Source: Lama glama (Eukaryota). Taken from it: 64,000 bases of DNA. The stretch is taken from assembly GCA_028534125.1 (NCBI GenBank), contig CM052818.1, positions 16,928,001-16,992,000 on the forward strand, read 5' to 3'. A model generated the notes under the pieces. The model was not told the DNA's origin, searched no databases, and saw only the letters and a list, made by a program, of their open reading frames with translations. Positions 12,715 to 25,431 of the stretch are shown here, piece after piece. Within the stretch, counting starts at the first letter, position 1; each line of letters opens with the position of its first letter. Made by a program: the position numbers and the translations under genes.

Positions 12715-13500
12715 TTATTTTCATATAATGAATAGGAAAAATGATCAAAATTTCAGTATCAAACATTGACGAGAACATGAGTAGAGTAAAGCTAACCTGT
12801 TGATGATGGAATGAAAATTAGAATAACCTTTGGCAGCCAGTTTCAAACAGCCCAGTAATCGTAATTCTGGAATTCTTTAAGTAAATAATCAGAGGTTTAC
12901 ATAATTGCCTAGAAAGATGATCATGGCATTGCACACAAGAAAATAAAAGCTACCTGGATATATAATAATACAGACAAACTGATGAACTTTGTAAACTGAC
13001 TATAACTCAATAAAATAAAAAATAAAATTAAAAAATAGAATACCTGGCTACTAGTTTGAAATTTAAAGAGAAACATATGGTAAGTTTGAAGTTAAATTAT
13101 TACTAACACACAAAAAGAATCTCAAAAATAATATCATGGGGGTTTGATATTCAAGACATATAACAAGATCAAGACCAGTAGATCAAAAATTTTGTATCCA
13201 TACAAAGTTTCTTATTAAAAACACATGATATTAGTAATTTAATTTCTGAAGTCTGGCTAATGAACCTTATGGACATTTCTTATTTCACACAATGTTTAAC
13301 ACATAGTTTGTACTCAATAAATGGTGATACCATTAAAAAAAACTGATGGACAGTCTACATAATAGTATACGTGGGAGCCACTAAAAATTATATTGTGGAG
13401 TATTTAATGTTATTTAAGGTAATTCAGCTATATTGCTAAGTGGGAAAAGCACATTACAGAGCAATATGTATAAAATGTTCATTTTTAAATTATAAATGTC
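12715..13500 (+). mobile_element. Old L1M (L1ME-like) 3' region fragments, interrupted
   Basis: A-rich, with degenerate L1M-like segments (aaacattgacgagaacatg, gttgatgatggaatgaaaattagaataacctttgg, tatattgctaagtgggaaaagcacattacag); highly diverged and mosaic. Confidence 0.5.
12975..13036 (+). mobile_element. Very short L1 3' terminus with A-rich tail
   Basis: aactgatgaactttgtaaactgactataactcaataaaataaaaataaaattaaaaa resembles the L1 terminus also seen near 23960-24016 (gtaactgactgtacttcaataaaaa). Confidence 0.65.
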
Positions 13501-13526
13501 TACTATATATATACAGACATAGTCTT

Positions 13527-13789
13527 TTTTACTTTAAAATTAATTTTATTTTATTAGGATATAATTGGCATATAATACCATATAAATTTAAAGTGTACAA
13601 TGTGTTAATTTGATATATTTCCATATTGCAATATGATTACCACTGTAGCAGTAGCTAACATATCTGTTCCATCACATAATTATCATTTCTTTTTGTGGTG
13701 AGAACAATTAAGATCTAGAATCTTGGCAGCTGTGAAGTTTATAATACACTATTGTTGACTATAATCACTATGCTGCCCGTTAGCTCTCC
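13527..13789 (-). mobile_element. L1MA-type 3' UTR fragment flanked by a 12-bp TSD
   Basis: gatataattggcatataat...aaagtgtacaatgtg...gtggtgagaacaattaagatct...tattgttgactataatcactatgctg resembles an antisense L1MA8/9-like 3' end; flanks are agacatagtctt (13515-13526) and agatatagtctt (13790-13801). Confidence 0.85.
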
Positions 13790-14174
13790 AGATATAGTCT
13801 TGAAGGACAAACATCAAAATGTTGATAGCTCTGTAGTGGTAGAATTATATATGGTCATTGTGTATTTGCACTTTCAAAAAATTTTTAAAAACATGTGTTT
13901 CATGTATAATAAAATGTTTCATTTTTAGTCAGTAGGGACTCTACTGTACTATTTGCCAGTTTAAAAGAAATTTTTTACAATTTAGGTTATCCATGTCACC
14001 TGTTGTAATGAATGAACATTAGCATTTTGCATAAATACATGCAAGTGTAGGAGGATGAGGAAACTGTAGCAGGATATTCCTGAAGCAGTTTCGACTTGTC
14101 AACATTGAACGTATCCACTTTTCAAGTCTCTGTCTTTGTTAATATTTGTCCTACCAAGATCCTAGGAATCATTC

Positions 14175-14450
14175 AAAATTATATCAAATGCCATCTCCTT
14201 TATCATTTTCATTAAAACCGTTTTAATGTCTTTCCACCTTACTTTTGTTAACTCCAGTAGCCTTTGTTGTTTATCTCCTTACCAAGGTTCTACCTGAAAA
14301 TACAATTAATTGTTTGCTATCATTATGCCTCATGTTGTTAATATTGTTATTATAAACAATGTGTTTCTTAAAGTTAGACAGCACTCTTACTTCATAATCT
14401 GGGGCAATACCTAGCACAGTAGCAGACTATTCAAAACCAATTAGTAAATT
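14175..14450 (+). mobile_element. L2 fragment
   Basis: tcaaatgccatctcctt...aatacctagcacagtag...tattcaaaa has L2 3' hallmarks; diverged. Confidence 0.5.
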
Positions 14451-14839
14451 ATAAGTAAATTCAGCACGAATTAGAGGGAAAAGGCTTTCCTAGTTGATAT
14501 CATTTCTTTCTAGTTTGAAAACACTGGGCTTGGTGAATTTCATCTTTTTTTTTTCATTGTGTCCTTTGAGTGAAGAGAGACAGACGCACCTGTGATGACT
14601 CATTGTTTTTACACCCTCAGTCCCTGTGGATCAGACATGATTGTCAGCGGCAGCTGCTTCTGATGCCATTAAATGTGTGTGAGGAGTTTGTTGACTGATT
14701 GTATTTCTGAAGTTCATCAAGTGTGAAAAAAAAAAGAGGTGTCTAAAATCCTACCCTCTCCTTCCCAGTTGTGTTATTAATAACACAGTACATAGGTCCT
14801 GCCAGAGACCTGCGACAGGATTATAGGGAAAAATGAAAA

Positions 14840-15000
14840 TGATAGTATTATCTAATATTTGTATAAATTTGTCTACATTTTAAAACATTTTCACATTCAG
14901 GCTTCTATCCTTAGAGTAACCCAAAGAGATCAGTAGAGCCAGCATTATTATCCCCTTTTAACAACTGGAGAAACGAGACTCGGAAGTTACTTGGCCCCAG
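14840..15000 (-). mobile_element. MIR SINE fragment
   Basis: aaaacattttcacatt...cattattatcccctttt...ggagaaacgagactcggaagttacttggccc matches antisense MIR. Confidence 0.6.
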
Positions 15001-16084
15001 CCCTAATCCTCAGCCCTGCATTCGTATTTCATTGCACTGCTTTTCTGACCCTTGTAGATGTCTGTGGGTTAGAACTCAGCCTTCTAAGATATTTAGATAC
15101 TATAAAATATTTTAAAATATTTTTTCTTAATAACAATGTCAGGTATTTAATGTTTCCTCTTCTGATGTGCTTGTAATGCCAGACAGTTGGATATAGAATA
15201 GAAAGCTTTTGTTCTGCAGTATTTGGTTTCCAAAATGGTTTTAAAAGCTTTGTAGATGCTGAGTACCTATTACTAGTCAACATGGGCTGGGCCCCAAAGG
15301 TCAGCTTGTTAAAAGTTATCAGGAAAATTTTGTTGCAATCTGAAAGTCTTTCTAAAAATCAACTCTCTGTCTTGCAAAAGCCTCCCCTGCTACGCTGGTA
15401 CATTCATAGTAAACTAACTGCAAAATGTTTGCTTTCAGGCATTTAACCGTGGCAAATTGTATCCTATAAATATTTTTACTTGATTTTCTATAACCCACTT
15501 AAACCTCATATCCCATTTGCTAAAAGAAATTAAAGGTAATATTACATAAAGGCAATTTATTTCTTGGAGACTTTTCTTGGCAGTTAATTTAAGCAATATA
15601 TAAAATCCAATAATAATAACTGAATCTCTACTCTCTGTACAGATATTCACCACCAGAGGATATACATCATTAGAAATTGTTACCTTTGTCTGCAAGAATG
15701 CAAATGATCTTCTATCTTTGAAAGCCAATTCTTAGGGGAGAAAATTGGCTGGTAAAGGATTTCCTCAGACAAATACAAGATGAAATAAACGGTCATTTAA
15801 ATCTTTGATTGCAGCATATAGTTATGTGCTTTCAGACATGGTGTTAGATTGTATTTCCGTTTCCTTCAGTGAGATTAGGACTGGTGGGCGCTGGCCATTG
15901 GGGTTGCAGAATATTGGATTCTAACAGTGGAATGTGGCAGAGGTATAAACACCCCAGAAAAGTTCTCCCAGTGCCATAACTAGAAGTGACCTGGGGACTT
16001 GTGGGTATGGCTTCATAAAATGAAACATAGGCTTTACTTGGACTTTCATATTATTTTAAATGAAGTATCTGTTCACATGAGTAC

Positions 16085-16109
16085 TGTGTGTGTGTGTGTG
16101 TGTGTGTGT
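16085..16109. repeat. (TG)n microsatellite
   Basis: Direct observation. Confidence 0.95.
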
Positions 16110-19100
16110 GGTGGGCTTGGTAAAAATTGTTGCTCTCCAGTTGTTGATATGCAGGGATGTTTAGTCAAATGGAAAAGTTGCCATTAGTGAGGGGCTCAAC
16201 AGCTTGATACAGTATTTTAAGCATCATGAATATTCCAAAATGATGGATCAGGGTCCTGTAATATAAAGGTAAATCTCCCTTTCTACGTTCTTGACATTCC
16301 CAACAAATACTGAACCCATATTAATGTTACCTATAAATGTTAGCATTTAAATCTACTTTAATCCAGCAGATAAATGTATTATTTGAAATGTGTGGACCAA
16401 ATAATTTCATAAAGTAAATCATTCTCTGAAATACATTTGTCAGTCTTAATATTTTACGTCCAAATTTTTTTTCAAAATTTTATGTGTAAGTTTTTCTTGG
16501 GATTGTTCAAACTTGTGTCTAATGATCCAACAGAAGTTGGAGTGTGAAGGGACATATGTTGTTCTCAGGACTGTCAAAACGACAGTCTCTTTGTTCCTGG
16601 TATTATTTTAAATGACCCATTATGCTTTGAGTCCACAGTAATATTTTGGAGTATTTACTTCATCTTGGATTTTAAACGTCTAGAGGTCAGAGACTGTGAA
16701 GCTTTCCTATTACAGTGCCAAAAACCATACCACTCCCAATTAAGCAACACACAAATGAATGTTCAGAGATAATGATTCCCATTCCAACGGAAAAGAATCA
16801 CCCCAAGTGAACTTGGGGATGTATGTTTATGTGGAAGAGTTGACTTTTAAACAAGAGATTATAAAGACACCAAAATGTTTGAGTTGAGACAAAAGCACAA
16901 ACATGTAAACACTGTGGCAAAGAATTTTTGGTGGATGAAGTTTTTTACTTGGAAAGACTTCTCTCTGTAATAGTAGTGACTGCCTAGACAGAATCCCGAG
17001 ACTAATAAATCAGCCCTTGTATCTTTAATGGCAGAGCTCAATGAGTCATCTTTATACTTTTGTTAGTTATCTGCAAAGCCATAAATATGGAAATTTAGAA
17101 ATTCTCAAAGCATGTGCTAATGGAACAATAAGAACTCTAACACTTGATTACTAACCATCAAGTAGTTATTTTTAAGATCATTAACGAACATCGGAGTACA
17201 AGGAAACTGCTGTAGAATCTAAATACATAGGGTGGTTGAGAAACACAAATCTAAAGAAAAGATGAGATTATCTCAGGGGAAGAAATTCTTAGAATGGCAC
17301 AGAAGCAAAGGAAATACAGTATGGCTGAGATTTTGGCTGCCCTCTGGGGCTTCACACAATAAGGAAGAAAGATTCTCTCTGTCATCGTTTGAGAATCATA
17401 TTCTTATGGGAGTGCTGTGTATTAACTGATAGACTGCATTATTCGATGTCCTGGAAAGAGACTGAAAAATAGAAAAGGAAACACTTTTAGCACACAGGGA
17501 ATCAGACCATCACGGAGCTATGATGAGGCGAATTATATTGTCTGTTTACATTTCTATTTAATTTGTGCTTAAGCAGGGAATAAGGTAGGGGAGAGGGGAG
17601 GCAACATTCTTGCACATAGGAATCTGTATGCTAATAGTGAAGACAAGGCAAGAAAGAAAATACGTAATCAACGGGAAAAGATGTATAAAGTTGTCTTTGT
17701 TGTTTTGTCTCTGATTTTGTTTGCTTGTTTTAGTTTAGATAACAGAAAGGTGGTTTAGAAATTTCATTGGTGATTCAGAATGGGGAGAAAAAATACCCTT
17801 GATGTATAATAGTTTTCATCATGACAAGAGTTTCATAAATGGTGAGGCTGTATATGGATGAGATGAAAGCGATGTATCCAGATTGTCCATATGCTTTCAT
17901 AAAGAACTAGGACTTGAGTCATCAGAGCTCCAGTGCAGCTTGACGGTCTGCTCTTTCAAGCCAGGATTCTTATGAACTGGAATTCTGTTACAAAATGCGT
18001 GTTAAATGCATGACGTTAATCAGCTGATTATTTATATACCAGTTTGAAGTAATTTACAATTCCCTTCATGATATTTAAGTTTTGTATAACATATGCCGTA
18101 CACTTAGTAGAAATTGCATGAACTTTTTAAAAAAATTTTTTTTCAAGGGGAATTCATAATCCACTAAAATACAGCCTCAGAAGTACATTTTTAATGTGCC
18201 ATACATACACAACTATTATTTAGTACTACTTCAGAGAATTCTGTAAGGTTAAAGAAATTGAAATAAGATGACAAGCATGCTATTCAAATGTATTAAATGT
18301 CCTCAAATCAACCTATCTAAAATGTATTTAATTTTCTGCTTCAACCTATTCATTTGAGTTGCTTCGGTACAGATATTTGGCAGTCTTTTTAATAAGTTTA
18401 ATCTCAATTTTTGTTTGAGAATACTTCTTTAGGATTGATGAAATTTTAATATGCAAAGAAGTATTTTTCTGTAAGACAACAATATCATTAGAGAAAATAA
18501 GCATGATGTGATTTTTGAATCCTCTACTTCAATTCATTTTGGTCTTTGTTGTATTCTAATTGAATATGTTAATCAGGTAGTCAGAGGGAAAAGGTGTAGG
18601 CTGATATGAAGGTGAATTTAGCAGCCGGGCTGTATGGGGGTTACCTTACCTAGGTAGCCTAGATAATGAAAATGGCCAGTGGCGATTGATCGGCTCTTTG
18701 GCAGTGTTCTGTCACAGCCTTTGTGTTGCTTGTGGTGAGTGAAAGATGTTTGTGTTAAGCAAAGTGTGACTCCAGCTGTGTGACCAGGCTCAGGGCCATG
18801 GAAATTCAACCTTGTCCTTCCCTCTGCCAGAAGAGATCAGTTTAGAACAAGTGGCCTGGAAATCTTTCCCCTCATCGCTTCTTCCGCCCCCCAACTCCAT
18901 CCCACTTGGATTGTGAGGTCAAAAAACAGGCCAATTTATGTAGTGAGCTCATCCCCTGAAAGGTGAAGGGATTTGCACTTGCAGCTTCTAAGAGCACAGG
19001 ATTAGCTTGGGAGCTCACTGAGCTTAGCTACTTCACCGCACCGGTGTTTCAGATTTGGCTTTTATTGATTCTCTCTTATGAAACATTCTGGAAGAGGTGG

Positions 19101-20554
19101 AATTCTGCTATGGGTGGTGCAGGTCATTTATTTCAGGCCTTCTGTCTGGCAGCTTTGTTGTTTTTTTCCCCATTCATTTCCCTCTTCTGCAAAGGAAGAG
19201 GAATACAGGTTTGTGAAAACATTTAGCTCCTTATATCCTTTCTGTGTCTCACTGGAAAGTAATAATAAATGTCAAGAGCTACAGATGAAGAAACAAAGCA
19301 AAATATAAGATCTGAAGAGAGATCATTTGGACTAAGGTTGAGGGAGTTGAAGGAAAAATTAATCCGAAGGAGAAAGGGTTTTTGCAAAGAATTTGCAAAG
19401 AATAGTGGATTGGGGTTTGGTGCTAACAAGAATGGAGTTGAAAAAGATGGAAATATTGTAGAGTTCAAGTTGCTATAATATTATAGAAGCAAGAAATATT
19501 CTCATGGGTAAAGGAAATGAAGTAGGTGAAGTAGCTGTATTGTAGCTTACTACTGGGATTTAATAGTACCTTTCACTAATAAATTTCCTGCGAGAATGGA
19601 GCAGAGAAGGAAAGTGCTGTCTTCATCTTGTCAAGTAATTGCACTACTTTTTATTCGACAATAGAAAGACAAGGCGTCCCTATCTTTCCTGTTTGTAGGG
19701 CATTGAATTTAACCTCCTCGCGCTTTGTCCAACAGAACACCTACGACCTATGGACGTTAACTCAGAGAAGCCACAGTGCAGATATACGCTACCTCACACT
19801 GCGCTTTCCCTCTTGAACCAGGTAGTTTTTGTACATGGGAAGTTTTCACTGTGTGGACATCAGCCTATGTTTGAGGGATGGTATTAGGGATATGGGAAAT
19901 TCGAAGGATGACCAAGGATGGGTCAGGACAAATTAGGCCTTCTTGTCAATAATCCATCTCCCAGTGTATCTTTGTATCTTTCCTAATGTACTATTCAAAT
20001 TCTTATCTCTAGGGTTTGGTTTTGTCTCTTGCTTAACTGGACCTAACTTTTTTCTTCTTTATTCATTCAAATGAATAGACATGGTTCAAATTCTTCTCTT
20101 AGCAGCTTCTCCTGACAGTTTAGCTCACACTGAACTTTTCTTTCAACTCCTATTTTCTTAAAAACATCATGTATTTATTTCCATCTAGGCAACCAAATTG
20201 TTTCTTGAGGACAAAGTTTATTTTATTCATTCATTTTTTTTTCATTCATTATTTCATTGTAGGTTCTTAAGCAGCTGAGTAGTATTGGGATTTTGTATTT
20301 TGGGAGAATTATTGTAACAATAATATATACTGTGAATGGAATGGGTAGACGGAGATAGAAACTATAAAGATGTTCAGAAAGTGTCTTTTGGTGATTTTCT
20401 TTGTTTTCTCACGTAATCTCCCACCACTATGCTTCCAGGATGAAGGAACACCATCCTTACATCTCTTTAGAGCAATCTGTAGCCTCTTTTCCTTTTCACG
20501 TCTATCTCAGTCAGCTCTGAAATCGCATTGTCAGTCATCTTGTTGATGCTGGTG

Positions 20555-20670
20555 CCTGATTCAGTTCAGCAGAGATTTCATGAATGTCCCCGGTGTGCTG
20601 GGAGTGAGATGAGTACCAGGGGTTCACATGAAATTAAGACATATTCCCTGAAGCCTAGGGTCTAGACTAC
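20555..20670 (-). mobile_element. L2 3' end fragment
   Basis: attcagttcagcagagatttcatgaatgtccccggtgtgctgggagtg...aattaagacatattccctg resembles a degenerate antisense L2 tail. Confidence 0.5.
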
Positions 20671-22781
20671 ACTTTACCCTGGAGCTATATTTGAGAGTAC
20701 TGTGGGGTGTGCATGGAATATCTGAAGGACTGATAAATATTCCTTTCAAAGTAAAAATTATTTACTTCCATTAGCACGTATAGCTAAATGTAAGCTAGAA
20801 ACTTCACTCTGCAGATGTCTGCTGCTCTGGAGTATCGAGCATTTACCTACAGTTAACGGATGGACTGAATTCAATTCCCACAATCGAGAGTATAATTTAA
20901 TTCAAAACGATGATAGTTGATCTTCACTGAAATGTGCATCTCTGTACTCCAGCCAGAGTGTGATAGATGTGTCTAGAAATTAATCATGGATTCAAGCAAT
21001 GGCAAAGTCCATATTAAGATGGGTCCCAGGCCACATCTGAGCTGTCCTGTGGGATGCACCCTAGTCTAATGTAACTGGTGGATCAATAGCTGGAAAAATT
21101 TTTTAGTAGAGCCAGCTTTCCCTATGCATCTTTATAAATACTGCTATGCTTGAAAGAAAAAAATTATTTATACATCTGTAAATAGATATGTAAGTATATA
21201 TACACATATTCAGACATGTAGCTATAAAATAGTACTCTACTAATGTAAAAATAGGTCCTATTTTCTGAGACTGATCATTAACGATTTAAAAAAAATTGTA
21301 TAGACACCCTTAGAGTTTGCTAAACTTTGCAATGTTTTTATAATGTTATTGCCCTGACAAATCTTGTCCACCTGTCAGGGCACAACAGAACCAACTGGCA
21401 TATGTTTCAAAGCAGCTGTTAATGGCAGCATCTGATTGAAAGGTCTGCAGTAGATGTACAAGGAAGTACAAGTGAAGAAGCACTGCTGCAGAATACAAAT
21501 GCCCTTTATTAGTGACTTTCTGGCTGCCTTGGCTTCTAACCCCCATAGCAGACACTGCAATTCCCAGACATTATTTGCTCAGCGTTGGATTTGGATTTTT
21601 TGATTTCTGAATTCTCTGCATGGTGCTGAACTAATTTTTCTTTATTTTGTCTGGGCTGTCAATTTTTGACACAGAATGGTCGTGTTAATTTCCCATTTCT
21701 TCCCCAAAGCAGATGCCCAGATTTTTCAGTTTCATGGCAATAATTTTTGAAGGCTTTACAAAAGTATAAATTTTCTTTATCATCATAATAGGGCATGACA
21801 AATGGTCCTAAAGGATCAGGTAGAATTTCCTTGTAGCTGAGTGAGTTGGTTGTAATCAGGCTGTTTCCAGGCAACGTGTCCCATGGTTACTGGTTTCTTA
21901 CTGTCTCTAAAGCTGGAATCTTACTCTGCATTGGGGTGAGAAACCTTGGGAAAATAAATACAGAGAGAGTGATTTCTCACTCCATCTCTTTTAAACGAAC
22001 CATCCTGTGCATTGTTTTTGACTATACTTATCCTATATTTGCATTTATAAAAATGTATACTGCTTCTATGAATAGGACACCCGGAGAAACCAGACCTTGC
22101 CCTCGGGGAATGATGTTAGTGTGTTAGAGACAGCAGGCTTCCTTGCTTGGAGTTTAAGGCAATGTCTGTGATTGAGTTAACCCATCTGTGATCCTATAGG
22201 CTTGCTTTGGCCTGTTGTTGTTTAACTGTAGATTTTAAGGGCTGCCTTCTAGAATTGGAAGAGATACCTTTTGTGCTGCCGAAAGCATGGATACTTGAGT
22301 GGTGGTGTGGGAAAAAAGGGAGTTTCTAAAGCAGAACCCGGAAACCATAGCTCTATTCCCTAGCATTGCCAGAGCCTCATAAATTGATGTGAAAAAGCAA
22401 CATATTTTTTTTTTCTGTGCCTGTTTTTAGGAAAACATGAGCTGTTAACACTTGCCACCCGCTCTATTTTCCAGGAAGCTGGATAGCTGAGACCATGTCC
22501 TAAAAATCCCAAGAGAAGCTTTGGTCTTCAAGTTCAGACCACTTGTGGGTGTGTTGTTGTTGTTTGTGGTGATTGTTGCTTTATCAGCTGAGATTCCCGA
22601 ATCCAAATGCATTTTGGGAATTGGATAAGGGAGTGGCTGTAGGGTGTGAAAGTAGCCATAGACTCTCAATATGGGATAATCTTAACTAGGGTGTGAACTT
22701 CCCACATGGAGATTGTCACTGACCCGGCAGAAACCAGCCATCTCTTCCTCATAAAATCTCTGAGGCTACTGCTCATCACTA

Positions 22782-22985
22782 AATCCTAGAGACTTAGAGC
22801 TAGAAGTGGCGTTGGAGTCCTCCTAGGCAAATGCTTTTCCTTTTTAAGAAGAGAAACAGAAGCCTAAATAAAGTTGGCTCCTTGTCTGAAGTCATCTGTT
22901 AGTTATTTTTTTCTACTAGTTACCATTTTCAACTAAGATTTGTACCTCCTTATCTCTGAGTTCAGTGCCCTTTTCATTAGAACAT
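22782..22985 (-). mobile_element. MIR (MIRc/MIR3-like) SINE
   Basis: ttagagctagaagtggcgttggagtcctcctag...aagagaaacagaagcct...cttgtctgaagtca...gagttcagtgcccttttca resembles antisense MIR3/MIRc. Confidence 0.6.
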
Positions 22986-23549
22986 TTCATATACTTCTTA
23001 CACTTGGCTAAGAAATAGACTGCAGAGAATCTCATATAATGGTCTCAACATTTCTTCCTTGCATGGAGGAAACAACCACGTTAGATTTATGAGAGAAGGA
23101 GTTTGAGCACATTTAGGAAAGTGCACAGTCTCCAAGGTTTGGGCAGAAATCTTGTTTAGAATTAGAAATACAGTTAGTGTTTTTATAATTTGTCTTTTTA
23201 TCAAAAAAATGGAGAGTATGATAAATTATAAGTCAGAATTACACCACCTGATATAATTTAGCACTCACAATTGTAAATCTGAATTCTTCTAATGTTTCTT
23301 TAGTGTGCTTCTATATATTTGGGCATGTTTGTAATAAAACAAATATTAATTACATGCCCCTATTTGTATTACCTGTTTGGCTCACAGTTAGAATGCATTA
23401 ATAATGTAAATTACATCGCATAGGTAAATTCACATAAATTCAATGTATGAAAATCTAGATGCATTATTCAGGGGATTATTCATTTTAAAGGAGTATTTAT
23501 TGTTTAGTAAAAACATTTACTGCAGCATTATAATACATTCAGAAATTTC

Positions 23550-23670
23550 CCGGTCTACTGGACTATGACCTTCTCAAGGGCAGGAACAATTTTCTGTTTG
23601 TACTTGCATTCCAAGTGCCTTAGCACAGTATCAAATATCTAGTAGTCACTACATTAATGTTCTTTGAATT
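23550..23670 (+). mobile_element. L2 3' end fragment
   Basis: ctactggactatgaccttctcaagggcagg...ccaagtgccttagcacagt...tagtagtcact matches the L2 terminus. Confidence 0.7.
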
Positions 23671-23784
23671 GTCAGATACAAATTCTCTCTGCCAAATAAA
23701 CATTTATAAGGACAGATTGATTTGGTAAGCATTTTTTGGAAAATAAGTATTAACAACATTACACAAAATACTGGGCATTTTATT

Positions 23785-24016
23785 TAGGAGTTTGAGATTT
23801 GCAAATGTTAGCCACTATATATAAAAATAGATTTTCCAGGTTTCTTCTGTATAGCACAGGGATCTACATTCAATATCTTGTAATAACCTTTAATGAAAAA
23901 GAATGTGAAAATGAATATATGTACATATATGCATGACTGGGACATTGTGCAGTACACTAGAAATTGACACATTGTAACTGACTGTACTTCAATAAAAAAT
24001 AAATAAATAAATAAAA
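23785..24016 (+). mobile_element. Young L1 3' UTR end (cetartiodactyl/camelid-type), 5'-truncated, with (AAAT)n tail
   Basis: ggagtttgagatttgcaaa...tgtatagcacaggg...attcaatatcttgtaataacc...atgactgggacattgtgc...agaaattgacacattgtaactgactgtacttcaataaaaaataaataaataaat; no clear TSD found. Confidence 0.85.
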
Positions 24017-24931
24017 TTAATTCATTCAATCTGCAGTCAAGTTTACAATTTAGTGGAGAGAGAAGATATAAAAATGTTCAATTACAGTACGAAGTACTAA
24101 GTGTAATAATAAAGATGCATTATTGTATAAAACCAATTAAACCAGTACATTAAAAAAACATATACAGCTACACAAGCTAAGGCACTTTTAAATTTAGTGT
24201 TTAAGGCAGATGCTGTTGTAATGCCCATGCATTTTTCCCCATGGCTGTGACAGTTGTGCCATTTCTCAAGGTTGACTAGGCAGGTCCTAAACAACTTTCC
24301 TGGACAAGTGCCTTCAACGTGTAGGGCTTCTTGAAATTAGCTGATTTAGTTGCCCAAATTCTTATGTTAGTCAAAATCAGAAATCTTTCATCTAGTCACT
24401 GTATTCAAGGTATTTCATTAATTTTACTTTTACTCGTATGTTTTTAAATGGTTTCCCTGTTTCTGAAATGGCTTCATATGAATACAGGTATTGGTTCATT
24501 CCTTTAGAGAAATCTCTAAGTACTGTTTGTTTTTTTCGGATATGACTTTTGCTAAGTGTTTAATAATGCTGGACTTTCTACCCCATCCAATATGACAGCC
24601 CTAATAATCTGCATAACTGCACTGGAGAAACAATGCAACTCCAATAATTGACTCTGTTTGGTGACCATGGTGACTCATCTTTGTGGAGTTTATCTACCTA
24701 TGGGAGTTTATCCAAAAGATGCTCTTAAAACATTCATAGGTGAGGTTGGGCAGCAACCAACCATGTTAATTGATGTCATTTCATTCTATGTAGAATTAAT
24801 CCCAACATACTCCATAATTAACACTAGAAGTATTGTGGAACTTCGTTAAATCCTGAAGCCTTGTTTGATTTCTAAGGAAACTTGTAACCCAGTTTTGCTG
24901 ACTCTCCCCTATCCACCCACGTGTAGTCTCC

Positions 24932-25431
24932 NNNNNNNNNNNNNNNNNNNNNNNNNNNNNNNNNNNNNNNNNNNNNNNNNNNNNNNNNNNNNNNNNNNNN
25001 NNNNNNNNNNNNNNNNNNNNNNNNNNNNNNNNNNNNNNNNNNNNNNNNNNNNNNNNNNNNNNNNNNNNNNNNNNNNNNNNNNNNNNNNNNNNNNNNNNNN
25101 NNNNNNNNNNNNNNNNNNNNNNNNNNNNNNNNNNNNNNNNNNNNNNNNNNNNNNNNNNNNNNNNNNNNNNNNNNNNNNNNNNNNNNNNNNNNNNNNNNNN
25201 NNNNNNNNNNNNNNNNNNNNNNNNNNNNNNNNNNNNNNNNNNNNNNNNNNNNNNNNNNNNNNNNNNNNNNNNNNNNNNNNNNNNNNNNNNNNNNNNNNNN
25301 NNNNNNNNNNNNNNNNNNNNNNNNNNNNNNNNNNNNNNNNNNNNNNNNNNNNNNNNNNNNNNNNNNNNNNNNNNNNNNNNNNNNNNNNNNNNNNNNNNNN
25401 NNNNNNNNNNNNNNNNNNNNNNNNNNNNNNN
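24932..25431. other. Assembly gap (500 N)
   Basis: Direct observation. Confidence 1.
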
